This document shows positions 49,709 through 61,730 of a stretch of DNA of 64,000 nt, in pieces. Source of the DNA: Camelus ferus (Eukaryota); the NCBI RefSeq assembly GCF_009834535.1, contig NC_045707.1:61196001-61260000 (forward strand). Reading direction: 5' to 3'. Both the position numbers and the translations under genes were made by a program. The notes beneath the pieces are model-generated. The model had not been told where the DNA came from. It did no database searches and saw only the letters and a list, made by a program, of their open reading frames with translations. The first letter of the stretch is position 1. Each line of letters begins with the position of its first letter.

Positions 49709-50168
49709 AAAGTAAAGTTATTCTCCTGATGTAGGTCATTTAAGTGACTACATTTTTGATAAACAGCAGTTTTAGTATACTTCCTCTCAGCTGCGCCAGT
49801 TTGTTCTTTTAATTCTAGCTTTCATTCATGGAAAGAGCAATTCATCTGTTTTTATTCAATAATCAAGAGAGTTGTTTTCCCCTGAAATGAGTTTGATTTA
49901 TTAATAGGCTAGATAAGGCATAAACAGAGGAATTAATCCTTAAAAGGCCACATTTCCATTGAATGGGTATTTAAGATCTGTTGGACTGAAGGAAGGATGG
50001 GAAGATAATGGCAGAGAGGATTTTGTGCAGCTCAGGTCCCATCCAGCTTCCCCTGTTTGTCTGAGTGGCAGCGGTGGTGATCATTTTCCCTGGCGTGTGC
50101 TGCTATCAGGCCATAAGTAGAGATAGAGAGATGCCCTGGCTGTGTCTGGGTCTCCATGGAACACTTTT

Positions 50169-50711
50169 TTTTTTTAATTGAAGTATAGTTAATTTACAAT
50201 GTTGTGTTAGTTTCAGGTGTACAGCAAAGTGATTCAGTTATATATATACGTCACTTTTCTTGTATATGTATATGTATATGTGTGTGTGTATGTATATATA
50301 TATATATGTCACATTCTTATATACAAGAATATATATATTCTTTTTCAGATTCTTTTCCATTATAGGTTATTACAAGATATTGAATGTAGTTCCCTGTGCT
50401 CTACAGTAGGCCCTAGTGGTTTATCTATTTTTATGTATGGTAATGTGTATACGATAATCCCAAACTCCTAATTCACCCCCTCCCCCCACTTTCCCCTTCA
50501 GTAACCATAAATGTGTTTTCTATGTCTGTGAGTCTGTTTCTGTTTTGTAAGTTCATTTGTATCATTTTTTTAGTTTCCACATATAAGTGATATCATAAGA
50601 TATTTGTCTTTCTCTGCCTGACTTACTTCACTTAGTATGATGATCTCTAGGTCTCTATCTATGTCGCTGCAAATGGCATTATTTCATTCTTTTTTATGGC
50701 TGAGTAATATT

Positions 50712-50754
<43 letters not shown>

Positions 50755-50987
50755 CACATCTTTATCCAATCATCTGTTAATGGACATTTAGGTTGCTTCT
50801 AGGTCTCAACTACTGTAAATCATACTTCTGTAAACATTGGGGTGCATGAACCTTTTCAAATCAGAGTTTTTTCCAGATATATGCATAGGAGTGGGATTGT
50901 TGGATCATATGTTAACTCTGTTTTTAGTCTTTAAGAAACCTCCATACTATTTGTTCTCCATAGTGGCTGCACCGAACTACATTTCCT
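50169..50987 (-). mobile_element. 5'-truncated artiodactyl-type L1 with internal (TG)n
   Basis: A poly-T start, then aattgaagtatagttaatttacaatgttgtg through tagtggctgcaccgaactacatttcc. Flanks ggaacactttt and ggacactttt are a probable TSD. Confidence 0.93.
50714..50752 (+). repeat. (TG)n microsatellite, about 19 units
   Basis: An uninterrupted tg run inside the L1. Confidence 0.95.
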
Positions 50988-51774
50988 CAGGACACTTTTG
51001 ATCATTAACAGTTGCAACACTCACTACCTAACTTCAAGACCATCACTCCCTCTCTGGTGTGTTATTTATCAAGTCTTTATCAAGCCATCTTGTGTTGTTG
51101 AATCCTGCACAGACTTGGAAAATGAGCGTATTCTCAAATGTACTAAATAATTCTGCTGTGAGTGAACTGGAGGGGCCCAAGGCTAGATGAGGGGGACGGG
51201 TGTTCGGAAACTCCACGCCCTGACTGGTTGTCATTGAAGCCACTGTTGCCACAGAAACAAGGAAACGTTTAAATCCCAAGTCTTATTTGCAAATCCCAAG
51301 GGCTTTTCCTTCACTGCTAGTGGAATTAATTATTCTAATAGCTCAGAGACATATTATGGAATCTTGCAGTCATTGAGAGTCAGACTCTTGCAAAGCCAGA
51401 TCTTTATGGGTCATTCAAGTTAATTAACATTGAGTGAAAAATGCTGCTAAAAATTCAGGGCTTCATGTATGGCAGGCTTTATTTTATCATTACTCTGGGG
51501 TTAGGTTGGTGGGTTAGCGTGAGATGGGACATGTTATTCACAATGATGAAATGAATGCAATGAACTGGAAGATAGGAACATTATTACCATAGAGTATTAT
51601 TTTAGCATGCCAGTAAACATAGTCAGCCTCAGCTTCACCTTACCAAGTGGGGTTTTTGCTCTTAGTGTGTGCAGATAAAGCATCTCCTATGGGACCAGGT
51701 CCTATTCTTTGGAGTCAGATTCCATCATTCATGGAAAGCAACACTGTACCAGGCCCACAGTCTTAGTCATAGAC

Positions 51775-52360
51775 CACAGTGTAGTGGTTAAGAACTCAGA
51801 TGCCACAGTAGGGCTTCCCAGGGGTCTAAACTCGTTCCCCATATAAACTAGCTGTGTGACCTTGGACAAGTGCCTTAACCTCTCTGAACCTCTGTAATGT
51901 CAGGGGACTAACAATTCTTATTCCATAGGATTGTTAAATAACAAAAATTCAACTGAATTTAAGGATCAAACTGACTTTATTAAATGACTCATGAATCGGG
52001 CAGCCTTCATGTAGCAAATAGAAAGGAACTTTGCTGAACTGTAGAAGAGGAAAGTTTTTAAAGGTGGAAAGGAGGAGGAAAAAGGAAATTATTAGCAAAG
52101 AGTGCATTGTTTCAGGCAAGGTCGCACTCCTAAGGGGAAAAGATTACCTCACTTAGTGCTGACCAGTTAATTCCAGGTTAACTGGTTAAAGGTTACATTC
52201 CTGGGGGGCTGAGACTGCAATTAGGTTAGGTATTAAGCACAAGTGACACCATTTTGGGTTTGCTGTCTCCTTTTTAACAGGATTAAATGAGATAATGCAT
52301 TTTTCATGCTGGCTATGGTACATGGAATTCAGAAGTGCTCAATAAATATTAGCTGTTGTT
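51775..52360 (+). mobile_element. MIR split by an LTR
   Basis: gtgtagtggttaagaac...ctagctgtgtgaccttggacaagtgccttaacctctctgaacctc resumes at ggattaaatgagataatgcat...gtgctcaataaatattagct. Confidence 0.85.
51932..52279 (-). mobile_element. ERV1-type solo LTR with 4-bp TSD (ggat)
   Basis: Inverted termini tgttaaa...tttaaca, with ggat at 51928-51931 and 52280-52283. AATAAA lies on the minus strand at ~51976. Confidence 0.8.
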
Positions 52361-52464
52361 TTATTTTTGTTGTTCATTGGGGAATAGAGTTTGAAAGCAG
52401 AATGAAGCTAGAGAAAAGTGGGAGATGGGAGGAGTTTTGAGAAAGACAGTAGACAAACTATCCT

Positions 52465-52720
52465 TATATTTATTCATTCTTTAACCAGTATTTGTGGAGC
52501 AATCACTCTGTGCCATGCACTAGTCTATGGATTGGGAATATGGTAGTGGGAAAAAACAAATGTTTCTGCTTTGTGGAACTCACAGCCGATTGGGGAGGCA
52601 ATTAATAAGCAGTAAACACAATAACTGAATAAATTATATAGTATGTTAGAGGATGATAAGTGTCATAAAAAAGAAAAAAGTGAAGAACAGTAAGAGAAAC
52701 AAAGAGCACTGAGGAGAGGG
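52465..52720 (-). mobile_element. L2 3' end
   Basis: atttattcattctttaaccagtatttgtggagcaatcactctgtgccatgcactagtcta. Confidence 0.75.
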
Positions 52721-52824
52721 GAATGGGGCTAGGTTAAACCTAGGATTCTGCTTGTGACCTGCCATTCAGACTGTGAGTCCTTACCGTGATGGGATTTGCT
52801 TCTACCAGGAGCACCAGACAAAAA

Positions 52825-53050
52825 ACAAGAGTTGACTGAACGTGTACTCCGTGTCCCCACGCTGTTCTAAGAATGTCACATAAGATACTTTTCAAAATCC
52901 CAACAACAGGCTGCCATTATTATTTCCTCCATTTTACAGTAGAGGCACGTGAGGTACAGCGAAGTTAAGTAAATTGCCGAAAATGGCACAGTTCATCAGT
53001 ATCAGAGCCGTGATTCCAGCGCCAGCATTCTGAACCACTAAGCTATACCA
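52825..53050 (-). mobile_element. MIR SINE
   Basis: tccattttacagtagaggcacgtgaggtacagcgaagttaagtaaattgcc. Confidence 0.75.
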
Positions 53051-53679
53051 CACCCAAAAAGCAGGGAGTCAACATTTGAATATAGAGACCCTGACATAAT
53101 CTCAGGCTGCTGGGACAACTCTGTCTTTCCAAATAACAAAGTAAGCTTCAAATCCAATCATTTCTAGATCCCGCCCCCCTCTTTTTTGTGTGTGTAAATA
53201 CTTTTAAGGTAAAATATATTATCAGGTATTCATGTGATAATTGCTTTACTTTAGTCATCTGTTGATAGAGAAAATAGAAACTGATTAAAAGGGACTGACT
53301 ATAAATTCAGCAGATGTTTTAAATCCATTTGTATTATTATTCATCTCAACAGTCCCTACTTAGGTTTTTTATTCAGAGAACAGATAGGTACTGTGCTTGG
53401 TGTACATATGGATTTGGGAACTCTTTTCAGTGAATCAACCATGCCCTGGAAGTTTATGACCCAAAGGTAAGGTCTTTAAAGTAACCTTTTAGTTAGAGTT
53501 TTGTGGTTGTCTTTAATTGGGGATGGATGACACAGCCCAACAGGAGGGGAAAGGCAGACTTTGTTTTCTTCTACATCTGTTTTTGTGAGTTTCTCTAAAT
53601 GGGATACCAATTGAGAATTCTCTGACTTGAAGCCACATAAACCTAAAGGCCTTCCTACTGGCAAACTTGTAAGAAGTAG

Positions 53680-53900
53680 ACAGTATATGGAGTTAAGGAC
53701 TGACCCCTAAGCAAGACTGATCTGTGGTTGTATCTTTAGCCACATAACAGCTGGTTAATAGGAATCATCATCCCCATCATCATCATCGTCAAATCGTAGG
53801 TCTTTGATGAGAAGTAAATGAGATACTCCAAGTAAAATACTCGTCACAGAACCTGGCACACATTCAACATTCAGTGAGTATTATCAGTCATTATTAATAA
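53680..53900 (+). mobile_element. MIR SINE
   Basis: gagaagtaaatgagatactccaagtaaaatactcgtcacagaacctggcacacatt. Confidence 0.65.
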
Positions 53901-54280
53901 ATAAAAAAAAAGTCATTGATACTCTTAGCAGGTGTATGAGAGATGGACTTGCAGAATAAGGAGAAATGATGGAAGTCAGTAACTGGCTTTGGTTATGACT
54001 TTTTGCATTCAGCACAGCAGAACCTCATGCAACTGGTGATCAGATCTGTTTTCACCCGCAAGCATCCTGAATAGAAAAAGATTAATGTGTGGTAAGAAAG
54101 AGCACTTTAAACAACTAGCCTGAAAATAGTGCAGAAGGCCAATGTGCTATGATTGGTCTGTTTTCTGAACAGGAGGAAAAGAAGGTAAAGCATATGCTAA
54201 TTAGTGATGTCTTTCTGCAGAGAAGTCAAGGAAAACAGGAGACAGAAGCAAAAGAAAGAAGGAGAGGGGAAAAGGAAATA

Positions 54281-54694
54281 CAGGTTCCTTCTGTTATCTG
54301 AAAGTAGAGCGCTCCTGCGAAACCTTTCACAAGCCGAAATGGCATAAATCGAAAAAGCAATTACTTTAGGACACATCTAACTAATGGATGCACAAAATAA
54401 ATCGAGATAAAGCACAGATGCTCATAAACACAGTTCAAAGCTACGGCAGCAGGATGCTGAGATGCTGAGTGTGGTTTCCAGGAAAGGAGCTTGGGGGTAC
54501 CACTCTCACTGCACTCCCTCTATAATAGCTCCCTGCAAAACAAACACCAACGCTGTTTTCACTTTTTGTTTTTTTTTTTTGGTAAAGGGAAAATCCTTTT
54601 CAGATTTCTTTCGGTTAGGCAAATAGGTACCTATGCAGGTCTTTCATAAAAGTGAAGTGGCTTAAAACAGATTCTTGAGAAGCAGGGATAGCTA
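54281..54694. mobile_element. Non-autonomous Tigger/pogo-type (TcMar) DNA transposon
   Basis: Flanked by TA at 54279-80 and 54695-96, with degenerate TIRs caggttccttctg... and ...cagggatagcta. The internal text (gatgcacaaaataaatcgagataaagcacagatgctc, gatttctttcggttag) matches a recalled laurasiatherian Tigger MITE. Confidence 0.75.
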
Positions 54695-54724
54695 TAGTAG
54701 GAAATAGAGGTTGTGGCCCTGGTC

Positions 54725-54849
54725 GGGGGGATATAGCTCAAGTGGCAGAGAGCATGCTTAGGATGCACAAGGTCCTTGGTTCAATCCCCAGGACCTCCTC
54801 CAAAGATAAATAAATAAAAACCTAATTACCTCCCCCACTCTCAGAAAAC
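54725..54849 (+). mobile_element. tRNA-derived camelid SINE (Vic-1-like) with 14-bp TSD
   Basis: A box tagctcaagtgg and B box ggttcaatcc. The TSD copies are ttgtggccctggtc (54711-54724) and ttgtggccctgatc (54850-54863). Confidence 0.9.
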
Positions 54850-55064
54850 TTGTGGCCCTGATCACGGGACAGAGGCAGCTGGATGACAGGTGGGAGGCAT
54901 CTGATGGGGTGCAGGGCAAGGGGAGAATGGAGTCAGCAGTGAAGACAAAGATGACAGAACAGTGCTCCTGCTTGGCGGGTGTTTCATCAATCCTTATAGG
55001 AACAGGCATTCTCTACTCCCTGGGCCAGGCAGTATCTGGGGATGGGGGCATCCTTCATAATGAT

Positions 55065-55205
55065 TCTGAATGTCTAATCAGTGTTTATTTTGTACCAGGC
55101 ATGTTTTTCATATCTCATAAAGTAGATTATCCCTGTTTTATGGATGCAGAAGTGAAAGCTTAAAGAGGTTAAGGCCACTCAGCAAATAAGCAGAAAAGAC
55201 TCTAA
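55065..55205 (-). mobile_element. MIR fragment
   Basis: attatccctgttttatggatgcagaagtgaaagcttaaagaggttaag. Confidence 0.65.
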
Positions 55206-56048
55206 AATCTCCTGCATATTTCCTCCCTTCATGGTGCTTGGATTAAAAAAAATCTGCTCTTTTATTTTCCTGTTTGCCAGAGTAAACCAATTTTTTAAAA
55301 CAAAGTCAAAAAGCTAGGTATCAAATGCTGCAAATCTGGCATTTGATGATTTTCAGTTAATTACGAATGGCATTTGTTTAACATTTAGGGCAATTTGAAA
55401 AGGAGTTATTGTGTATTAGCAGCATTAGCAGCAAGGCTAATTTTTTCTAAGCCCCTGGAACCATGAGTCAAGGTAAATAAAGATCCCTTGGTTAGAAAAG
55501 GGCACCAAAAAAGCCTTTGAAAAGTAGTTAACTTGACTTTGACTTACTGTATCCTTGGGAACTTGCCCAGTTTCAAGGTGAGGCTATTGAGACAGGAAGT
55601 ATGGATGACAGCACAGATTACGGGGTTCCAGTTAAATCCTCATCTAGAAAGGCTGAAACTGCAAGGGAAGTTAGCCATGAACTCTGAAGATAAATTAAGC
55701 AAAAGTTAGAATTGAATTGTGACTTGAAATTCTCTACTTTTTCCTATTTGTCCTTTATGGAAAATGAATGGCCCCAAACATAAATGCATTCCCCATGAAC
55801 ATTACCTAGCCAGTTGTCTTGGACACACTTAAAAAACCCTGAGATACTGATACCATATAAATTCTGGCCAAGGTCTATTGATATCAAAAAATACGACCAA
55901 TTGTCTGTTACCTGGTTAATTGATGACATTTGTCTACCTGTAACAGTTGGCATTTGGAGAAGCTGGTACATTAACACATAATTCAAAGAACTGTAGCATG
56001 AAGGGGGGAAAATGCTACAACAGACATGTTCTAAGATCCAACTTTTAT

Positions 56049-56332
56049 TTTTTTTCCCCTGGAAAATCTTGTTGAGTTTTTAATTAGTCTTGGATGTGAT
56101 AGATAAATTTGGATGATATTTTTAAAATTTCTCTTATGTTTATTCTAGTATTTTATAATATCTTTAATTTTTATTCATCAAAAATAAATTTTGATACAAA
56201 GATTGAAGTAGGGATCCACCTTCCAGTGCTTTCTAGAAGGTTAGCCATTTGTCTAAACACCAGTTTTCAAACAATCCATCATTTCCTAACTGATTTGACC
56301 TGACATTATATCTTTTACTAAGTTTTATCTTA
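56049..56332 (-). mobile_element. Retrotransposed insert (orphan transduction or retrocopy-like) with perfect 16-bp TSD
   Basis: aagatccaacttttat at 56033-56048 and 56333-56348. A T-run abuts the left copy, and ATTAAA lies on the minus strand 23 nt from that run. Confidence 0.65.
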
Positions 56333-58054
56333 AAGATCCAACTTTTATCTCCCTTTTGTTTCCAGTTTAATTTTTCAGGTCCTAATCTTAGCATTGGCTT
56401 CTATTCTTGTTGATCAGACAAAAGAAACTGGGGAGTTTGGTGAAAAATCAGTCGAGAAAGGAGGTCATTTGACAACATAGGTGGGAAATACTTGCCTCTA
56501 GTCAATTCAGCTCAGGTTTTCCTTCTGAGCAGAGCAGGCATCAACCCATCCTCCCTAACTCCTTTCAAAGTGACTTTCTGGACATTCAGTTTTGCAGAGA
56601 ATGCCTTTCTTATTCCCTAGTGGAATAAGATGTATCTGAGATGCCTGAGAAGAGGAACAGATTCCTTTTCTCCCTCCACAATGGCCAGAAGAGCAGGACT
56701 TTTTTGGTAAGCAAATAATTCGGTTCTAGTGGTCGGTTTGATTCAATTAGTGATGGGGCTAACTTCAGTTTCCACATTCCAGAAGGAGGGGTTGCCCTTT
56801 TCACACTGAGGCAACAGACCATGATCCTGATGAGTTTGATCATTTCCTTGTAATTAAAGTGAGGGCTCAGACAAGGATCCTTGAGCAAGGAGCCAGTGAC
56901 CACATACACAAATACATTTGTCCAACTGACCTCTAGCCAGCAGAGAGCATCTGAGCCAGGAAATATTTAGCAGGTATAAATGTGCCAAGCACTAAAGTAG
57001 GGTGTGTTTCTTTAATAAGTAGGTGACTAATTCACTGGACTCAGTGTCTAATGTCCACAGACACCGTTCCCATGTACTTTGAGACATTTTAAGGCATTGC
57101 AAGACTTAACTATTGGCAGTTAGGAGATTCGTGGTGCCTTCTTTCCTTCGTTTACACACGAGCTCATTCTTGTGGATATATATAGAATTGATGGCTCTTT
57201 CCAGCATTACTAGATATTGTTGTTCGGATGGCACTTCAAGGTAGGAAAAGACAGCCAGAATGTTAAGTACACCCATGTCACAGTAGTAGGCAAGTCAGGG
57301 ACAGAAGTCAGGATGTGCAGTTCCCCTCGGCACTGGGAATGTTTAACTAGATAACAGAGCCCTTTGGAGAAAGGAGGGCTCAACTCTTGGCTGCCAATGG
57401 CCACGTGCAAATGTATGTATTAAGATGGAAAGGCAGGAAGCAAGGGTCATGTCCATTAGGCTTTAGGACCTAAGGGCTAAAACAATCCTGATTTCCAGAG
57501 CAGGTAACTTATACCTATGTTTAGAAAACTGGCCTCCCATGCACTGGGTGTCAAAAAGTACCCAAGACTCTCCAGGACCCCCGCTGCCAGGAAGTCTAAC
57601 CAAGGGAGCCAGTCGTCTTTCTAAGAGACCAGCCGTTTTTTAGGGCAGAAGAATGAGTCAGTATAATCACAGTCACCTGGAAGTAAACTGCAGACAGAGC
57701 TGCTTTTGTTCTCCAAGCGAAATCTTCCAAAAAGTATGCATTACTTTCCTAGTTCTCCTCCCTGAAGGAAAATAGTTCTGTGTAATATTTGCTGCACTGT
57801 TTTGTTATAATTTTCTTTAAAAAGTCACTTGTGATTTTTTTTGAACTTATAAAAATAATGGCTAGTACCTAGCTGCACCCTGCATTCTATGATGACACAT
57901 CTGTTTCTTGACCTCCTTTCAATAAATAGTAAGAGCAGAACAGAGAACGGATACTTCTGATCTAACAGAGGTTCTACTAAGTTTAAAAGCTTAGCTCCTT
58001 TTTCATTATTTAAAAAAGTACTTCTCTGGAGTAATTCATCATTAAAAATTTTAG

Positions 58055-58255
58055 TCTGAATTTGGAGTATGGGATTAACAGATACAAACTACTAAACATA
58101 AAATAGGTAAGCAACAAGGATTTACTATATAGCACAGGGAATTATATTCAATATCTTGTAATGACCTATAATGGAATATAATCAGGAAAAAATAAGTGAA
58201 TCACTATTCTGTACACCTGAAACTAACACAACATTGTAAGTCAGTTGTACTTCCA
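58055..58255 (+). mobile_element. Artiodactyl-type L1 3'UTR fragment
   Basis: gggattaacagatacaaactact...caacaaggatttactatatagcacagggaattatattcaatatcttgtaat...gaaactaacacaacattgtaagtcag. Confidence 0.9.
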
Positions 58256-58264
58256 CTGTTGTGC

Positions 58265-58655
58265 TGCAGAGTGAAACGAACACGGGACCCTAAAGTTAGA
58301 AAAGCCCAGGTCAGTTTCAGCTTTGCTGTATGTTGGCTATGCAATATTTGGGAAATTTTTCAACCTCTGAGAGTCCTTGTTTACTCACTTGCAAAATTGG
58401 AATAAATAGCATGGCATGGAGGAGAGACAGCATGTTTTAGAAGCAGAAGAAATGAATTTATATCCTAGTTTCTTAGCCTCTTGGAGCCTAAAAAGTATTA
58501 GTACTCACTTCATATGGTTGTAATGAGGATTAAGTACTGTCTCTGCCTTGAGAGTGTGTAAGGGTTAAATGGAGTGGATGTGTAAAAGTTTCCAGAACTA
58601 TGCCTATAAGTACAGCAAGAACTATACGAATATTAGTTTCCTTGTTTTAATTATT
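58265..58655 (+). mobile_element. Two MIR fragments
   Basis: caacctctgagagtccttgtttactcacttgcaaaattggaata and ggttgtaatgaggattaag...gtaaaagtttccagaactatgcct. Confidence 0.65.
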
Positions 58656-58799
58656 ATTCGGGCAGCTTTGTAGAGGTCAAAACCTCCTTTGTTTTTTAGG
58701 AGCTAAGGACCTTGACCATGTTGTCATAAGTGCTTTGGACTGGAGTCCCAGAACAGGTCTGGATGCATTCATTGTGCTCAATGGAAGAGGATTCTCCAG

Positions 58800-59120
58800 T
58801 GTCTTATGACAAAATGCCATATACCGGGTGACTTATAAACAACAGAAATTTACTTCTCCCAGTTCTGGAGGCTGGCAAGTCTAAGATCGAGGTGCTGACA
58901 GTTTCAGTGTCTGGTGAGGGCCTGCTTCTGGTTCATAGTCAGTCCACACAGGGCGGAAAAGGCAAGGAGCCTCTTTTCTAAGGTAACGAATCCCATTCAT
59001 GAGGGCTCCACTCTCATAAGCTAATCACCCTAAAGATCTCGGCCTCCTAATACCATCATATTGGGGATTAGAATTTCAGCATATGGATTTTGGGGGGACA
59101 TAGACAATCAGTCTATAGCA
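58800..59120 (-). mobile_element. MaLR LTR (MLT1A-like)
   Basis: ttataaacaacagaaatttacttctcccagttctggaggctggcaagtctaagatcgagg...aatcccattcatgagggctcc...ggggggacatagacaatcagtctatagca. Confidence 0.9.
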
Positions 59121-59749
59121 TACAAGGTGAGGGTAGAATTTTGGAAACATAGGAAACTACACAAGATAACTAGTTCATGGTTATTACCTGACAATACGTG
59201 GTACTGTCACTGGGTCATCCCTCATCACAGTATAGAGTTGACTGTGCTGTGCACAGTTACAAGGATCATGGTGCGCAACACAGCTTTTCCATCAATCTCT
59301 GCCCAGACTTCCAACCCGACCACTCAGGAGCAATGCGGTGGTATGCCATCCTGATAAAATCACATCCATTAGCTACAGGAATTAGTCATTGACATAAGGC
59401 AAACTGATGCCTAGGTTTCCAGACCCCACGGCCATTCTGTAGTGCGGTTTCAGCATTTGAATAAGATGAAGGGCTTTGGAGAGGCAGTTGCTCTGCTTTC
59501 TAGGCTGCAGAAGTAACAAGAACCTGGTAGCAGCCTGCTTTCCTGGAGACTTGAGGGGACAGAGTCCACCTACCACTGGCATTTCAGAGGCACCTGCTGA
59601 GAAGACCCTCTGCTAAGAAATGCTTTCCCCAGTATACCCCATTTTCATATATTTAGTGATTTTTGTGTGTTTGTTGTGCTTTAAACTGATGAATTACTGA
59701 GATCCTGTACAGTGAATTACAGTGAACTCTTACCAGATTTGCTTCAATA

Positions 59750-60070
59750 TTTAGAGGCTGAATGTATGAAGAAGGATGAAGGGGAGACAGGAAAGACTAG
59801 CCAGTGAGGCAGGAGAATCAGCCAGAGAGTGTGATGTTCCAGATCTGGGTGAAGAAAGTGTTTCAGGGAGGGTGTGACCAACTATGCCAAATACTGCTCA
59901 TAGGTCAAGTGAGATGAAGAATGAGGACTGGGCGTGGATTTGGCAACGTGACTATCAGAGCCTGTGATAAGGGCAGTTGTTAGTGTTGAGGCCAAAGACT
60001 TATCAGAGAGGATTTAGAAGAGGTTGGGAGGAGAGGATATTGATTATGGACAACTCTTTTGAGTTTTGCT
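59750..60070 (-). mobile_element. L2 fragment
   Basis: gaagaaagtgtttcagggaggg...aggtcaagtgagatgaagaatgag...tggatttggcaacgtg...gacaactcttttgagttttgctgt. Confidence 0.8.
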
Positions 60071-61614
60071 GTTCTTTTACTTGTGTTGTTGCACTCAGTG
60101 TAAGATGATTTATAAACTCGTCATGTGTGTAGACATTCTATTTGTGATACAGAATCAGGACTGTCTCTGCTGTTTTCTGTGATCATTGCTTTCTGACGGA
60201 CACAGTGCTCAAGCCAACCTGTGGAAACCAGGGGCCGAGGTGGCTTCTGAGGCTTCTCTCCATGGAACGATTGTAGAGCATTACGTTTCCCAGCACTTCT
60301 TGCCAGATTATCCCCAGGACTGCTCTTATTTCTTCTATGCTTGGGAATGTGAGGCACAGTTTTTACAAAATTATGTGGGATTATGTTATCAGGATCCAAC
60401 AGAGCAAAGCGAGGGCTAAGTGACTTAACACAGTCATCACCAGAAAAAGGAGCCTTATTTAGGATATTTCTAGATGCCACTCTATTCTCTGCCCTAAACC
60501 CCATCATATTAGGCCAGACAGAAGTGGGTAATCTGAGGGGCTATCCTTCATCATAGCCTTGCTTTCCACATGGGAAACCTACTGTAGAGGAACCTTTTGA
60601 GATACATACTTATATACTTACCCAGGAGGTGACTCCACTTACGTGATTTCCCTGCTACTAAATGTTTTTCTTCAGTTTTCTGGAAAACACTATTGAGAAG
60701 GCTGTCATTATTGAAAAATAACATATTTCCCCATCCACACTGTACCTGCTTATGTTTGTTTTTTCAAATCATTTCAATCTTTCCCCCCACTGCATTTTTT
60801 TTTTAAGATCAGCTTTTCTAAATAGAGGTCATGGCATTCTGTTTTATGTCATCATAACCCTGACTGCTATGTAAAAGCGCGTCCTGCAGTGTAGGAAGCC
60901 TGATTATAATCAACAGATAAATCTGTTTTCTGGAAACTGTGCATTCCACAGCAGCCCCAGCATATACGACTCTTCAATAATCTCTTTGTTTTTTGCAAAC
61001 AGAAGACAGTCAAGTCAACCAGTTTATTCTTCCCATATTGCAAGAGAACTCCCATGCATTTTCCAACTTTTTTTTTTTTTTTTAGCTGCCATTGCAAAGT
61101 TTAGTGTGCTTTGGGATGTGTCATCTCTTATTTCTTAAGGGTCAACTGTGCTGAGAGAGAGAAGTTCAACCTAAATAGTTCTCAGATTTCACTTGGGGAA
61201 ATTCCAAGCCCCAGCCCAGCTTGTTCTGTGCGTGTCCCTCCAGCAGGGCTCAGTTCTCTGCTGCTGCAGCTGCTGCTGTCTACAGAGCCCATTTATGCTC
61301 CATCAGCTGGAGCTTCCTGTACGTGTTCCCCAGATGCTTCTCCCCATTCCTGCTCAACTGAGATTTTTACAAATTTACCAAACAGTTTCAACTTCACAGG
61401 GCTTTGGAATACATACCTCTAATGTCTAATGACTTTTCAAAACTCAGATGCAATCCTGGCAGCAAATTATCGTAGACGTCAGTTTGGCTTACATGGTTCA
61501 ACCTCCACCATTTTGTAGGTGCCTCCATGCAGAATGGGGAAACGGGGTGATGCCTTAGAATAAACACATGGAAAGTTTCTTTCATCGTACCTTTCGTCCC
61601 ATCCATGCTGCGGC

Positions 61615-61730
61615 GGAGACCTAGACAATCTTAGGACTGAGGGAGAACTTGGAGTCAGAGCCTTGCCCTCAGCAACCTTGTCCTCAGATAAGAATTTTAG
61701 TGACTTGCCCAAGGTCATCTGGCTAATTGT
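61615..61730 (-). mobile_element. MIR3-like fragment
   Basis: agtgacttgcccaaggtcatctggctaatt. Confidence 0.6.

Noticed and set aside
49410..49739. Lys/Arg/Glu-rich ORF (109 aa)
   Set aside because: It is a translation of the (TTTC)n/(GGGA)n microsatellite block.
55320..55347. 9-bp inverted repeat atcaaatgc...gcatttgat
   Set aside because: It is within chance expectation and has no other support.
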